NCBI RefSeq assembly: GCF_000485595.1
Contig: NW_014577063.1
Coordinates: forward strand, 1,306,314-1,355,608
DNA: 49,295 nt
Source of the DNA: Priapulus caudatus
Lineage: Eukaryota
Reading direction: 5' to 3'
Within the stretch, counting starts at the first letter, position 1, and each line of letters begins with the position of its first letter. Positions 26,294 through 37,099 of the stretch are shown here, one piece after another. Position numbers and translations under genes: made by a program. The notes under the pieces are model-generated. The model saw only the letters and a program-made list of their open reading frames with translations, was not told where the DNA came from and ran no database searches.

Positions 26294-26335
26294 TATCAAG
26301 AGCTAATAAACACCTGTGGTTATTAGCTCTTGATA
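26294..26335. repeat. Perfect 16-bp inverted repeat (mini-hairpin)
   Basis: tatcaagagctaataa-10 nt-ttattagctcttgata. Confidence 0.85.
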
Positions 26336-28624
26336 TTATGTTAACTCAAGTAGTTCATGGCTATTGTCGAGTATGCCTGAGGTGGGAGGACCGATTTGCT
26401 TTCATCAGAAAAACAATGAATCAGTGACGTGATATATTGTATAAACGTGCGAGATTACAGTGGTTGTATAGCATGCATATATTCGCAGTGAGATTTGTAA
26501 GGAATAAGATGGGTTGGATCGCTATTCCTTAGTTATAGGAGTACCACGTATATATATTATATAGGCCCATGTACATGATCCGATGATAGTTCTGTTATAT
26601 AGAGAGTTATTGCTGATCGCTCTCTTTTTCTTATATCGATTTTAATTTATAATGTTATTGATAGCACTGTATATTATCTACACGAAAGGCTACTATACTA
26701 GTTTATTTTTTATTGAATAGAAATGAAGTCCATGTGCATGAACATGCCAAATAGCACTCGTGAATATTGGTTTTGCTATCAGTTAACAGCACCTGGTAGT
26801 GCACTTATTTAATTTACGTATTTTACATGTGGACCTGTAGAAATTCATTTAATATGTAACGCCATGTTGTGTAAAACATGCGAGCATAACTATAATTCAC
26901 AAGCATATTATATTAATTGGTTGGTGTGTGCTCGAAACTGTTCCACTAAAAGTGTTCAGCGTGATATTACAGCTGTAGGGCCTACCTGTGGCTAAAGCCT
27001 TTGCAGACAACGTATATGTTTTGCAGCATATGGTGTGGTTGTGCATTTTTATCGACTTTTAACAGCTGACACATCACACGTACAGAACATGCATAATCCG
27101 ATGCATGTCTACATGAAAATCTTGCAAGTCTACCAGCTTCGGAGTTACCAGATTCGCTTCGTCAATCTACATAATTCCTAGAATATATGTTAAGACTGTG
27201 TGTATTCACTCACTGCAAAGTTTACGTGCCTATTCTATAAAATAGTACGGTGTAGCATGTGAAATCATTGCAAATTTATATAATGTAAATGAATAATACA
27301 AACATGTATGACATCAAACGGGTAAAATGACACTTGGTAACCCGTTCCTTATTGTTTTAACCTACACGCGTTTTGAGGTTACATTGTAAACACATTTGAC
27401 AAGCACCCGTGTCGAGATAGATGCTAACCTTTTCAAATTACTTCAAATTAGATGGACGTCGCTTTATTTCTATCTTTTTTTAATTTTAAGATATTTATAG
27501 AAGTCTTCCGGACTTTGCCGTACGAGTTTGAATTTTTACATATGTTCGAATTCACGCTTTTATTTAATTGTACAGTGTTAAAGGGGCATCATAGTGAACG
27601 TTTAATTTATTGTGTAGACAAATTATACTACCATCTAACACAGTCGTATTATAGTGACTATATTATGTTATCACTGGACATAAACGGAAACCACAAATTA
27701 TCATTTGTAATACTTAATATTATAATCATTAAGTATGTTATTGCGAATAATTTCGACTCTCATTTTTTGGGATATATGTTATTATCTTATCGATTATTAT
27801 ATAATTATTAGATTGTACGTTTGCATATGAAATCATTGATAACGGCTAGCTAACAGTGAAACGCAAGCATTTGTAGTCTGTTCTCGAGATAATACGATGC
27901 AGCATATCGGCAAATGCCTTAATCCATCCGAGGTAGATGTGCCTATATGTTATAATCATGGGCTAAGAAATTAGTTAGGCAGTATAGACCGTAGTCATAT
28001 GCATTTTAGTAGTGCATTTACAGTTAAGCTGTAATTTTTCTTCCACGCCTTAAATCGATTGCAGGGAAGAATATAATACTGTTTTTGTGAACAACTTAAA
28101 TAAAAAAAATACGCGTTTACGTTACGTTTTTTATACTAATATTCGAGCTCGCAAAATGTTTCACGTGTTTTGACAGGTAATAAAAGTCTGGAACTGATGA
28201 CACGGAAATAAGATTATAATGGGACTACGATTACTGTCGTAACCATCAAGCAAAACTGATAGAGCAAAATAACACGAACAATTTGCAGGGTGAATAATAC
28301 TGACGGTGTCAATTGCTTCGGTGCGGTAAGGTAATAATATGCCTGTAGTGAAAGGTCAGTAAACTCGTTTCATAATCATTATAGGCCAACCGATGTGTGA
28401 TGAGTCTAATGGCCTGGGCGTAGCTTGACGCGTGGTAATTATCCAACAATTGACAATAACTTAAAAACCAACTATATACAATGCAAGCACGCGACCATTT
28501 GTTAATGAGAACGTAGCAACCCATCAGTGCTGACGCCGTTACATCTATATTATATACACCCTCACACGCGACCGTATATTTTGCGCTCTCTTTTTCTCTC
28601 ACATGCGCGCGCCCTCGACCACAT

Positions 28625-28842
28625 TCCCTCACTCATTCATTCTATTACTCACTCACGCACAGACGCACGTACCGCACGCGCTCACTCACTCACTCACTTA
28701 CTCACTCACTCGCTCACTCACTCACTCATTCACTCACTCGCTCACTCACTCACTCATTCACTCACGCAGTCACTCACTCACTCACTCACTCACTCACTCA
28801 CTCACTCACTCACTCACTCACTCACTCACTCACTCACGCACT
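28625..28842. repeat. (CACT)n microsatellite
   Basis: Directly visible. Confidence 0.95.
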
Positions 28843-29013
28843 AAATTATGTGTTCGTTCGTTGGCCCTAGCCTCTTTCCCTATGTCCCCCTCTGTCTCTC
28901 CATGTATTACTAGATAAATTCTAAAATTATGAAATAGACCACTTCTTTAGATAAAACTGTTCTACTAAATTCAACATCCGGTACACACACACACAAATAT
29001 ATATATATATATA

Positions 29014-29033
29014 TTTATTCAAATAATTTTATT
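29014..29033 (-). terminator. Candidate polyadenylation signals (two AATAAA) of the minus-strand gene
   Basis: tttatt at 29014-29019 and 29028-29033, 140-160 nt after the TAA stop. Confidence 0.5.
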
Positions 29034-29173
29034 ATAAACATAACAGGTATTAAACTTAACCGATCACTATATAAACAATGCGAGTTTAATCGCGACCCCC
29101 CCCCCCAGATAAAACTGTAACTCATTGACATCGCATGACGAATGACGCTCGACCGCAAATGCACGGAAGACAA

Positions 29174-31921
29174 TTAAGACCTGTAACGATCACCCGAATC
29201 ACGGGATCTGTGACGACCTGTGTCGCTATCATCTTCGCGGCCGTCCCGGTTACCGTTTGATGCAATCATGTATTTCTCGGTAACGCCATCTCGTGAAGTT
29301 TGGCTGGCGCCATAGTATTCGCGGCTGCCACCTAGCGGGTTGTACTCGGCGTCCGGACGGTCTGATGAACCTCTGTATTCGCTGTACGTTCGGTCATCGG
29401 AATGATCGTGACGATGGTTGTTGTCATGGCTGTGAGATGAGGCGTGGTCTGAATCGTGGTGGAAAGATGGTTTGGAGTCCCTATCGTGGGAATCCCTGGA
29501 ATCTCTATCATAGAAAGGGCCGGAGTCTTTCTCATAGGATGAGCTAGGGTGTCTATCGTCGTAAGGTCTGGAGTCTCTATTAGGAGGAGGTCTAGAGTCT
29601 CTATCCTTAGGACGCCTAGAGTCTCTTTCATAGGGAGGTCTGGAGTCTCTTTCATATGGAGGCCTAGAGTCTCTATTATAAGGAGGCCTGGAGTCTCTAT
29701 CATACGAGTCTCCGTTGTAGTGCGGTTGGGACTTTCCGTCATTACCATTATCATCACGCCTACGTGTTTCTTTAGATCCATTGAGAGCGTGGGCGTCATC
29801 ACGATCACGTCTGTCTCTTGAGTCTCTTGAATCGTAAGAAGGGCGTCTATCTCTTGCTTCATAAGATGCCCTCGAGTCTCTTGAATCATAAGGCGGTCCT
29901 GAGTCTCTTGAGTCATATGGCGGACGTCTGTCTCTTGAATCATGAGGCGGTCCTGAGTCTCTTGAATCATAGGGCGGACGTCTGTCTCTTGAATTATGAG
30001 GCGGTCCTGAGTCGCTTGAATCATAGGGCGGACGTCTGTCTCTTGAATCATGAGGCGGCCCTGAGTTTCTTGAATCATGAGGCGGTCCTGAGTCTCTTGA
30101 ATCATAGGGCGGACGTCTGTCTCTTGAATTATGAGGCGGTCCTGAGTCGCTTGAATCATAGGGCGGACGTCTGTCTCTTGAATCATGAGGCGGNNNNNNN
30201 NNNNNNNNNNNNNNNNNNNNNNNNNNNNNNNNNNNNNNNNNNNNNNNNNNNNNNNNNNNNNNNNNNNNNNNNNNNNNNNNNNNNNNNNNNNNNNNNNNNN
30301 NNNNNNNNNNNNNNNNNNNNNNNNNNNNNNNNNNNNNNNNNNNNNNNNNNNNNNNNNNNNNNNNNNNNNNNNNNNNNNNNNNNNNNNNNNNNNNNNNNNN
30401 NNNNNNNNNNNNNNNNNNNNNNNNNNNNNNNNNNNNNNNNNNNNNNNNNNNNNNNNNNNNNNNNNNNNNNNNNNNNNNNNNNNNNNNNNNNNNNNNNNNN
30501 NNNNNNNNNNNNNNNNNNNNNNNNNNNNNNNNNNNNNNNNNNNNNNNNNNNNNNNNNNNNNNNNNNNNNNNNNNNNNNNNNNNNNNNNNNNNNNNNNNNN
30601 NNNNNNNNNNNNNNNNNNNNNNNNNNNNNNNNNNNNNNNNNNNNNNNNNNNNNNNNNNNNNNNNNNNNNNNNNNNNNNNNNNNNNNNNNNNNNNNNNNNN
30701 NNNNNNNNNNNNNNNNNNNNNNNNNNNNNNNNNNNNNNNNNNNNNNNNNNNNNNNNNNNNNNNNNNNNNNNNNNNNNNNNNNNNNNNNNNNNNNNNNNNN
30801 NNNNNNNNNNNNNNNNNNNNNNNNNNNNNNNNNNNNNNNNNNNNNNNNNNNNNNNNNNNNNNNNNNNNNNNNNNNNNNNNNNNNNNNNNNNNNNNNNNNN
30901 NNNGCCGCCTCCACCGAATCCACCTCCTCCAAATGGTCCTCCTCCCCCTCCCCCCGGTGGGCCGCCTCCACCGAATGGTCCTCCACCCCCTCCTCCTGGA
31001 GGGCCGCCTCCACCGAATCCACCTCCTCCAAATGGTCCTCCTCCTCCGCCGCCGGGTCCGCCTCCAAAGCCACCTCCACTAGCAAAGCTTTCACCAAAGC
31101 TTGGACCAAATGTGCCTCCACCAGCAGCAGGGAATCCGGGTGGACCACCAGGTCCTGCGCCCCGTGAGCCAAAGTCACTACCGAATCCCGCACCAAATTC
31201 ACCGCCGTTTCTATCAACCCTGTACATGCTTGCTCCTGGTCTCGGCTCATTAAAGTTAAAGCCAGCCCCAGGACCAGCCGATATTGCGTTTTGTGGAGGA
31301 AACGGTGAGGGAGGAAGGGGCGCGCTGGGGTGACCTCCAGGTGGGCCTCCAGGTGGGCCTCCAGGTGGGCCTCCAGGTGGGCCTCCAGGTGGGCCTCCTC
31401 CGTGGGAGTTTCCACCTCCTCTTCCATTACCATTGTAGCCACCGCGTCCCCTATCATTATATCCTCTACCTCTTTCATCGTCATAATGTCTTCCACCTCC
31501 ATTCCCTCTATCATCGTGGCCTCCTCTTCCTCTCCCTCCACCATCGTCATAGTTCCTTCCACCTCCTCTTCCGCCATCATCGTAATATCCGCTTCTTCCT
31601 CTGCCCCTTCCGCCATCGTCGTAATATCCTCCTCTTCCTCTGCCCCTTCCGCCATCGTCGTAATATCCTCCTCTTCCTCTGCCCCTTCCGCCATCGTCGT
31701 AATATCCTCCTCTTCCTTTGTCTCTTCCGCCATTTCCTCTACTTTCATCATAGCCTCTTCGGTAATCTTGTCCAGAACTACCTCCGTAACTGCGATCGTT
31801 GTCGTCATCCCTGTTGTCGTAGACTCTAGTTTTGCTCTGATACCTGCCGCCTGCGCTAGGCGCAAAACTGTCGGTTTTCAATCGGTATCCATTGTCATCG
31901 TTGTCATCACCTCGCCGTGGA
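29174..31921 (-). CDS. Secreted modular low-complexity protein, last exon(s), spanning the 30194-30903 gap
   Basis: ctacag acceptor, phase 2. Before the gap: PRRGDDNDD..(YYDDGGRGRGRGG)n..(GGPP)n..(GPFGGGG)n. After the gap, an open 340-codon frame PPHDSRDRRPPYDSSDSG..HHDSDHASSHSH..SGDRYRS* ends at TAA 29176-29174. Confidence 0.85.
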
Positions 31922-32113
31922 CTGTAGTGTGAAATGGCAAAAAAAACGTACGTACGTGCAACCATTAAAATAATAGGTCACACACTGTAATGATAACTCA
32001 TTGATTAATATTACCCGCATTCACATACTCATTTGTCACGTCTTCTATAGTTTATATTAAACTGTGAGCAAGCGTAATAGTATTGTCAAAGAGCGCCTTT
32101 GGTATTGACTTAC

Positions 32114-32308
32114 CTTCGATCGCCTCCTTGTAATTTCAGCTTGTACGGATTGTACGCACTTTTATCACTATTGCTTAGTTTGAAGTTTCTGTAAGACCCG
32201 GCGTCATCATCCGACCTTCTGCTGTCGTATGATCTCCTGCTCGACCCTTGGTCACTGTAACCCCCATCGTTTCTGGAATCGTCGCGGTCGTTATAGGAAT
32301 CTCTGTAC
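32114..32308 (-). CDS. Secreted modular low-complexity protein, exon 3
   Basis: tttcag acceptor and ag|gtaagt donor, 195 nt, phase 2/2. Translation YRDSYNDRDDSRNDGGYSDQGSSRRSYDSRRSDDDAGSYRNFKLSNSDKSAYNPYKLKLQGGDR. Confidence 0.88.
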
Positions 32309-33058
32309 CTGAAATATAATTGCTAATAAATTAAAATTCATAATAAAATAAACTTAATTGTCTAAGATGGAATTTCGCGTTACTGTACGTCAAGATAAAT
32401 AGCGGTGGACTTTTGTAAGTTTACATTTTATGACCGCCAGGCGATTTACAGCATTAAGAAAGAATCTAACTACTGTACAAGATCATGTGAATGCTAACTG
32501 TTAGAACAACTATATCTACACATGTAAATCATTTTAAATTCATTGCATGAGCGTAGTCTACATGCTTGGTATTGCAAGGTTGTTAATCTATATATATTCT
32601 AAATAGAACGGATTGATTTTACTTCACATCCTGGTGTACCATGTGAGGTTACAAGCATGCAGGATGACATTGGTAAATACACGAATAGACTAAATCTTCC
32701 ATCTGCACTAGCTACCCTGTTATCTGACACTCGTGTAGTAGTCTAATATCACTCTAATGCAGAAACAAACTCGTCGGATTCCAACTCAATAAACTCACAG
32801 TGATCCCCGTCTCGTAGAGAATAATGGATAAGATTTCGTGTTCTTCGCGCAAGATGTATTCATGATATTAGGAATGTCTGTTTTATTCAACCTAAGGGGA
32901 CTGATTTCACATTATTTTGGCGAGTCGTGACATATCTAGATCCTATGTAAATGTGCCCTATATATCCTGTGGTATATGTGGTGTTTTAAGACGCATTAAT
33001 GTTATTTCTGTCATGAGCAGTGGCATGTTTAGTTGATTACGAGTCAATCGCAAATTAC

Positions 33059-34146
33059 CTGCTTCCTCCGGTATCGCCGCGGTCGTACACTCTTGCTTCC
33101 TGTGGCATGTAGTCTATACGACGCGGATCGTGGGGCGGGATTCGCCTTTGTTGGTATTGCCCACCGCGTGGCCCATAGTGACCGCTTGGTGGACCGTACT
33201 GTCCATTGGGTGGACCATACTGACCGCCTGGTGGTCCATACTGTCCATTGGGTGGACCATACTGACCGCCTGGTGGTCCATATTGCTGCCCAGGTGGTCC
33301 GTATCCCCCTTCGCCGTAAGGTGGTGGTCCGTTATAGAACGGATCAGGACCCCCGACGCGTGCTTGTAGTGGTGGTCCGGAGCCATATGCGGGCGGAGGT
33401 ATGCTCGCGCCAAACGGTAGCTGCGCCCTAGGAGCATTCCCGGAACCTTGCGGACCAGGTCCGCCTGCGGGATGCTGGCCCGGTGGCGGCGCGTAGGTTC
33501 CCGCGCCTGCAGGGTAGCCGGCGGACGGATCAACGGGATATTGACGGTTTCCAGGGTAGTACGGATCGCCGTAGTCCGGCCAGATCGGCGACGGAGCCGG
33601 TGGTACGTTGTCACCGGACGCAAAGTTGCTGACGACTTCGCTCTCGTCCCCTGTGCCGCTCGACTCGTCTCCGGGCGGGTAGTTACTCACCGGCGACTCG
33701 GATCCGGGTGCGGGATACTGCGCGCCGGCGGCGTACGGATTCTGGTAGTAGCCGTAGTCGGGCGGGTAGTAGTAGTTGTTCGGGTAATTGTTAGGATGAT
33801 CCTGTCCCGTCGAGTTATCCGTACCCGGATTTGACAATGGCGTATCGTTAGCTGACGGCACCTGCTGGCGGGTGAGTTCTTGCGGAAGATGATTTCCATC
33901 CGTTTTGCTCTCGCTCGTACCGTACATCCGGGGCGTCTCTTCTCCCAGTGATTGCTGCGAGGATGGCGGATCCGAGGATAGTCGACTGCGCGGGTTCCAC
34001 GGAGTTCTTGCGTCGGAGCGCCGTTTACTAGGCAACGCTTTCGACAAGGTCGATTCCCGTGTCAGCCCTTGTGGCGTCTCTACGGACTTGGCCTGGCCGT
34101 TCTCGCCACGGTCTAGGATGAGCGGAGCAGCGATAGCTACAGTTAC
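33059..34146 (-). CDS. Secreted modular low-complexity protein, exon 2
   Basis: atacag acceptor, phase 0. Translation VTVAIAAPLILDRGENG.., then a Pro/Tyr/Gly-rich region with (YGPPxGQ) heptads. Donor ag|gtaatt, phase 2. Confidence 0.9.
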
Positions 34147-34177
34147 CTGTATAAAATATTCGTCACTGGTACATTAC

Positions 34178-34445
34178 TGCGTGTGTGCGCGCGTGTGTGT
34201 GTGCGCGCACGTGCATGCGTGTGTGTGAGCGTTTGAGCGTGCGTGTGTGTTCGCGCGTGCATGCATGTGTGTAAGCGTTTGAGCGCGCGCGCGTGCGTGT
34301 GTGTGCGCGGGTGTGTGCGCGCGCGTGTGTATGCGCGCGTGCATGCGTGTGTGTGTGAGCGTTTCAGCGTGCGTGTGTGCGCGCGCGTGCATGCTCATGT
34401 GTGAGCGTTTGAGCGTGAGCGCGTGCGTGCGGGCGTGCGCGTGTA
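34178..34445. repeat. Alternating purine-pyrimidine (TG/CG) compound repeat in intron 1
   Basis: Directly visible, with recurring gagcgtttgagcg. Confidence 0.9.
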
Positions 34446-34616
34446 ACCCATTAACATAACACGGATAACACTACGCCGCTATCAACATCGGCATTGTCTA
34501 AGGCAGGCTCTACCTGGAACTGCCGGACAATGACCCAGATAACTGCAGCCAAGGAACAGGAGCCTCGTAGCGTCACTAATCCCTTGATACTTCCTGCTAC
34601 ATAGAATATCGCAAGC

Positions 34617-34669
<53 letters not shown>

Positions 34670-34691
34670 CGCTCGCTACCCATCTCGCGCG

Positions 34692-34743
<52 letters not shown>

Positions 34744-35789
34744 CGCTCGCTCTCTCTCTCTCNNNNNNNNNNNNNNNNNNNNNNNNNNNNNNNNNNNNNN
34801 NNNNNNNNNNNNNNNNNNNNNNNNNNNNNNNNNNNNNNNNNNNNNNNNNNNNNNNNNNNNNNNNNNNNNNNNNNNNNNNNNNNNNNNNNNNNNNNNNNNN
34901 NNNNNNNNNNNNNNNNNNNNNNNNNNNNNNNNNNNNNNNNNNNNNNNNNNNNNNNNNNNNNNNNNNNNNNNNNNNNNNNNNNNNNNNNNNNNNNNNNNNN
35001 NNNNNNNNNNNNNNNNNNNNNNNNNNNNNNNNNNNNNNNNNNNNNNNNNNNNNNNNNNNNNNNNNNNNNNNNNNNNNNNNNNNNNNNNNNNNNNNNNNNN
35101 NNNNNNNNNNNNNNNNNNNNNNNNNNNNNNNNNNNNNNNNNNNNNNNNNNNNNNNNNNNNNNNNNNNNNNNNNNNNNNNNNNNNNNNNNNNNNNNNNNNN
35201 NNNNNNNNNNNNNNNNNNNNNNNNNNNNNNNNNNNNNNNNNNNNNNNNNNNNNNNNNNNNNNNNNNNNNNNNNNNNNNNNNNNNNNNNNNNNNNNNNNNN
35301 NNNNNNNNNNNNNNNNNNNNNNNNNNNNNNNNNNNNNNNNNNNNNNNNNNNNNNNNNNNNNNNNNNNNNNNNNNNNNNNNNNNNNNNNNNNNNNNNNNNN
35401 NNNNNNNNNNNNNNNNNNNNNNNNNNNNNNNNNNNNNNNNNNNNNNNNNNNNNNNNNNNNNNNNNNNNNNNNNNNNNNNNNNNNNNNNNNNNNNNNNNNN
35501 NNNNNNNNNNNNNNNNNNNNNNNNNNNNNNNNNNNNNNNNNNNNNNNNNNNNNNNNNNNNNNNNNNNNNNNNNNNNNNNNNNNNNNNNNNATAATAATAA
35601 TAACAACAACAACAACAATAATAATAATAATAATAATATCATTATTAATAATAAATCTATACCATACTATAGAAAAACTTACATTCTACATGTTTCATGT
35701 ACTGAACAAATGAAGCAAGAATTTCAATTTTTAATAATAATAATAATTAATAATTTTATGCTGAATATGCATAGAAACGAGATACTTAC

Positions 35790-35834
35790 AACGCCTGCGG
35801 CTATCAGTGTCCACAGAGTCATTCGATGAAACAT
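35790..35834 (-). CDS. Secreted modular low-complexity protein, exon 1 (signal peptide start)
   Basis: MFHRMTLWTLIAAGV|gtaagt, phase 0. Joined to exon 2 it gives the signal peptide MFHRMTLWTLIAAGVVTVAIA-AP. Confidence 0.85.
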
Positions 35835-36045
35835 GTCGCTATATAGAGTCAAACACGTTACACATTCATTCAGATCTTGATTTCTCTCGGCTTCAACTTT
35901 CTAACTGGATGCGGACGATATTCCGCACGCAGCTGCCGCGTTCACGTGTGTCGCGTGTATTAACACGCAGTATCGTCGGGCTCTCGATGTCTTTCCTCCC
36001 TGGATTATCTATACTCTGTAGTTACCCCACTGAACGTATAGAGGC

Positions 36046-36078
36046 TCTGACGGAGAGCGATACCAATTACCGCTTATA
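36046..36078 (-). promoter_or_regulatory. Candidate TATA + Inr core promoter of the minus-strand gene
   Basis: Minus-strand TATAAG starting at 36078 and TCAGA with its A at 36048 (30-nt spacing), about 210 nt upstream of the ATG. Confidence 0.3.
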
Positions 36079-37099
36079 CCCTGATGAAATGAGTGTGTCG
36101 CTGTTACAGCCTGGCGCGTGGGTTTGCTCTAGGTGATGCTTCATGTGGGTACGTGTCGCTGTGGTACACTAGCTCGGTCGTCGTGTTCCTCCCGCTATAA
36201 ACGCATCAGGCCGCACCAGCTGACACGAGAATAATAATACGAGGGAAGTAGAAAAATAGACAACTGGGCCAGTTTTCGGTGTGCGAAGTTTGTACAAATA
36301 CGAGAGTCGACCGGGGGCGCAATCTGAATTATAGCGACAACAAACGCGGGGTCTAAATGTCAAATATGAGACAAACATGGGGATAAATGAATGCCTTGTT
36401 CTCTGACCGCTATATAGTTGAACTGGGTTGTTGGCTGATGGCGTTGAAGCGACCTACAAGGGCGGCCACTGTGTATGAGCACGATACTCCATTTATAAAT
36501 TGGTTATATCGCACGAATTTTTCCCGTGTAATACTGAGTCAATAACGTCAAAACGGGTGAACAGATAAAATGGTTTTTGTTAACAGGTATTAAATTATAT
36601 ACACCTGACACTATCGACAGCACGCGAAGGTTTTTTTATGCGCACTGCCGAATAGTATTTATAAGAATATCATTATTTTAATATCGTAATTTCATTTGAA
36701 CCTCGCGACGTCATAATTACTTTATCAACATCAAATAACTACGTATAGTTATATGATGATTGCGTGCGAAATAATCATGACGAAAGCAGCGTCTTTCTGT
36801 GCTGATGCTGTGGATTTAATTTAGCTAGGATGACCTGTAGAGTTTGCACGGTCACGCAGAGCGATGGCGCGCGAGATCATGCATGCGTGTCAATAACCCG
36901 ATATTCGTGATGTCTGTGCATGCGCAAATTCGTTTCGTAAACCTCNNNNNNNNNNTCTAGTTTGTAATAGCGTTTTATGTGATCACATAAGCTTATACTT
37001 TGTGAACATACTTCAAACTTACATATTCACCTTAACATTTTTAATCTGTTTACATTGTTATGTCCTAATTAGTTATATCATTACTTTAATTTTGCACAG

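Noticed and set aside
29332..30193. ORF-track frame RLMIQETDVRPMIQATQD... as the C-terminus of the 877-aa ORF
   Set aside because: The frame is set only by the estimated N-gap length. The neighbouring frame is open for longer (to 29174) and matches the D/S/R/P/Y composition of the upstream exons.
29800..30193. Neuropeptide precursor with RR-delimited repeats
   Set aside because: The dibasic sites are followed by Pro (RR|P), which disfavours convertase cleavage, and there are no Gly-basic amidation signals in the repeats.
31330..31400. Collagen-like domain
   Set aside because: The repeat is GGPP (period 4), not Gly-X-Y.
30185..31932. Plus-strand Pro-rich or Ser/Ile-rich ORFs and the Glu-rich alternative minus frame
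   Set aside because: These are antisense or shifted shadows of the Gly-rich repetitive exon, with no supporting splice structure or signal peptide.
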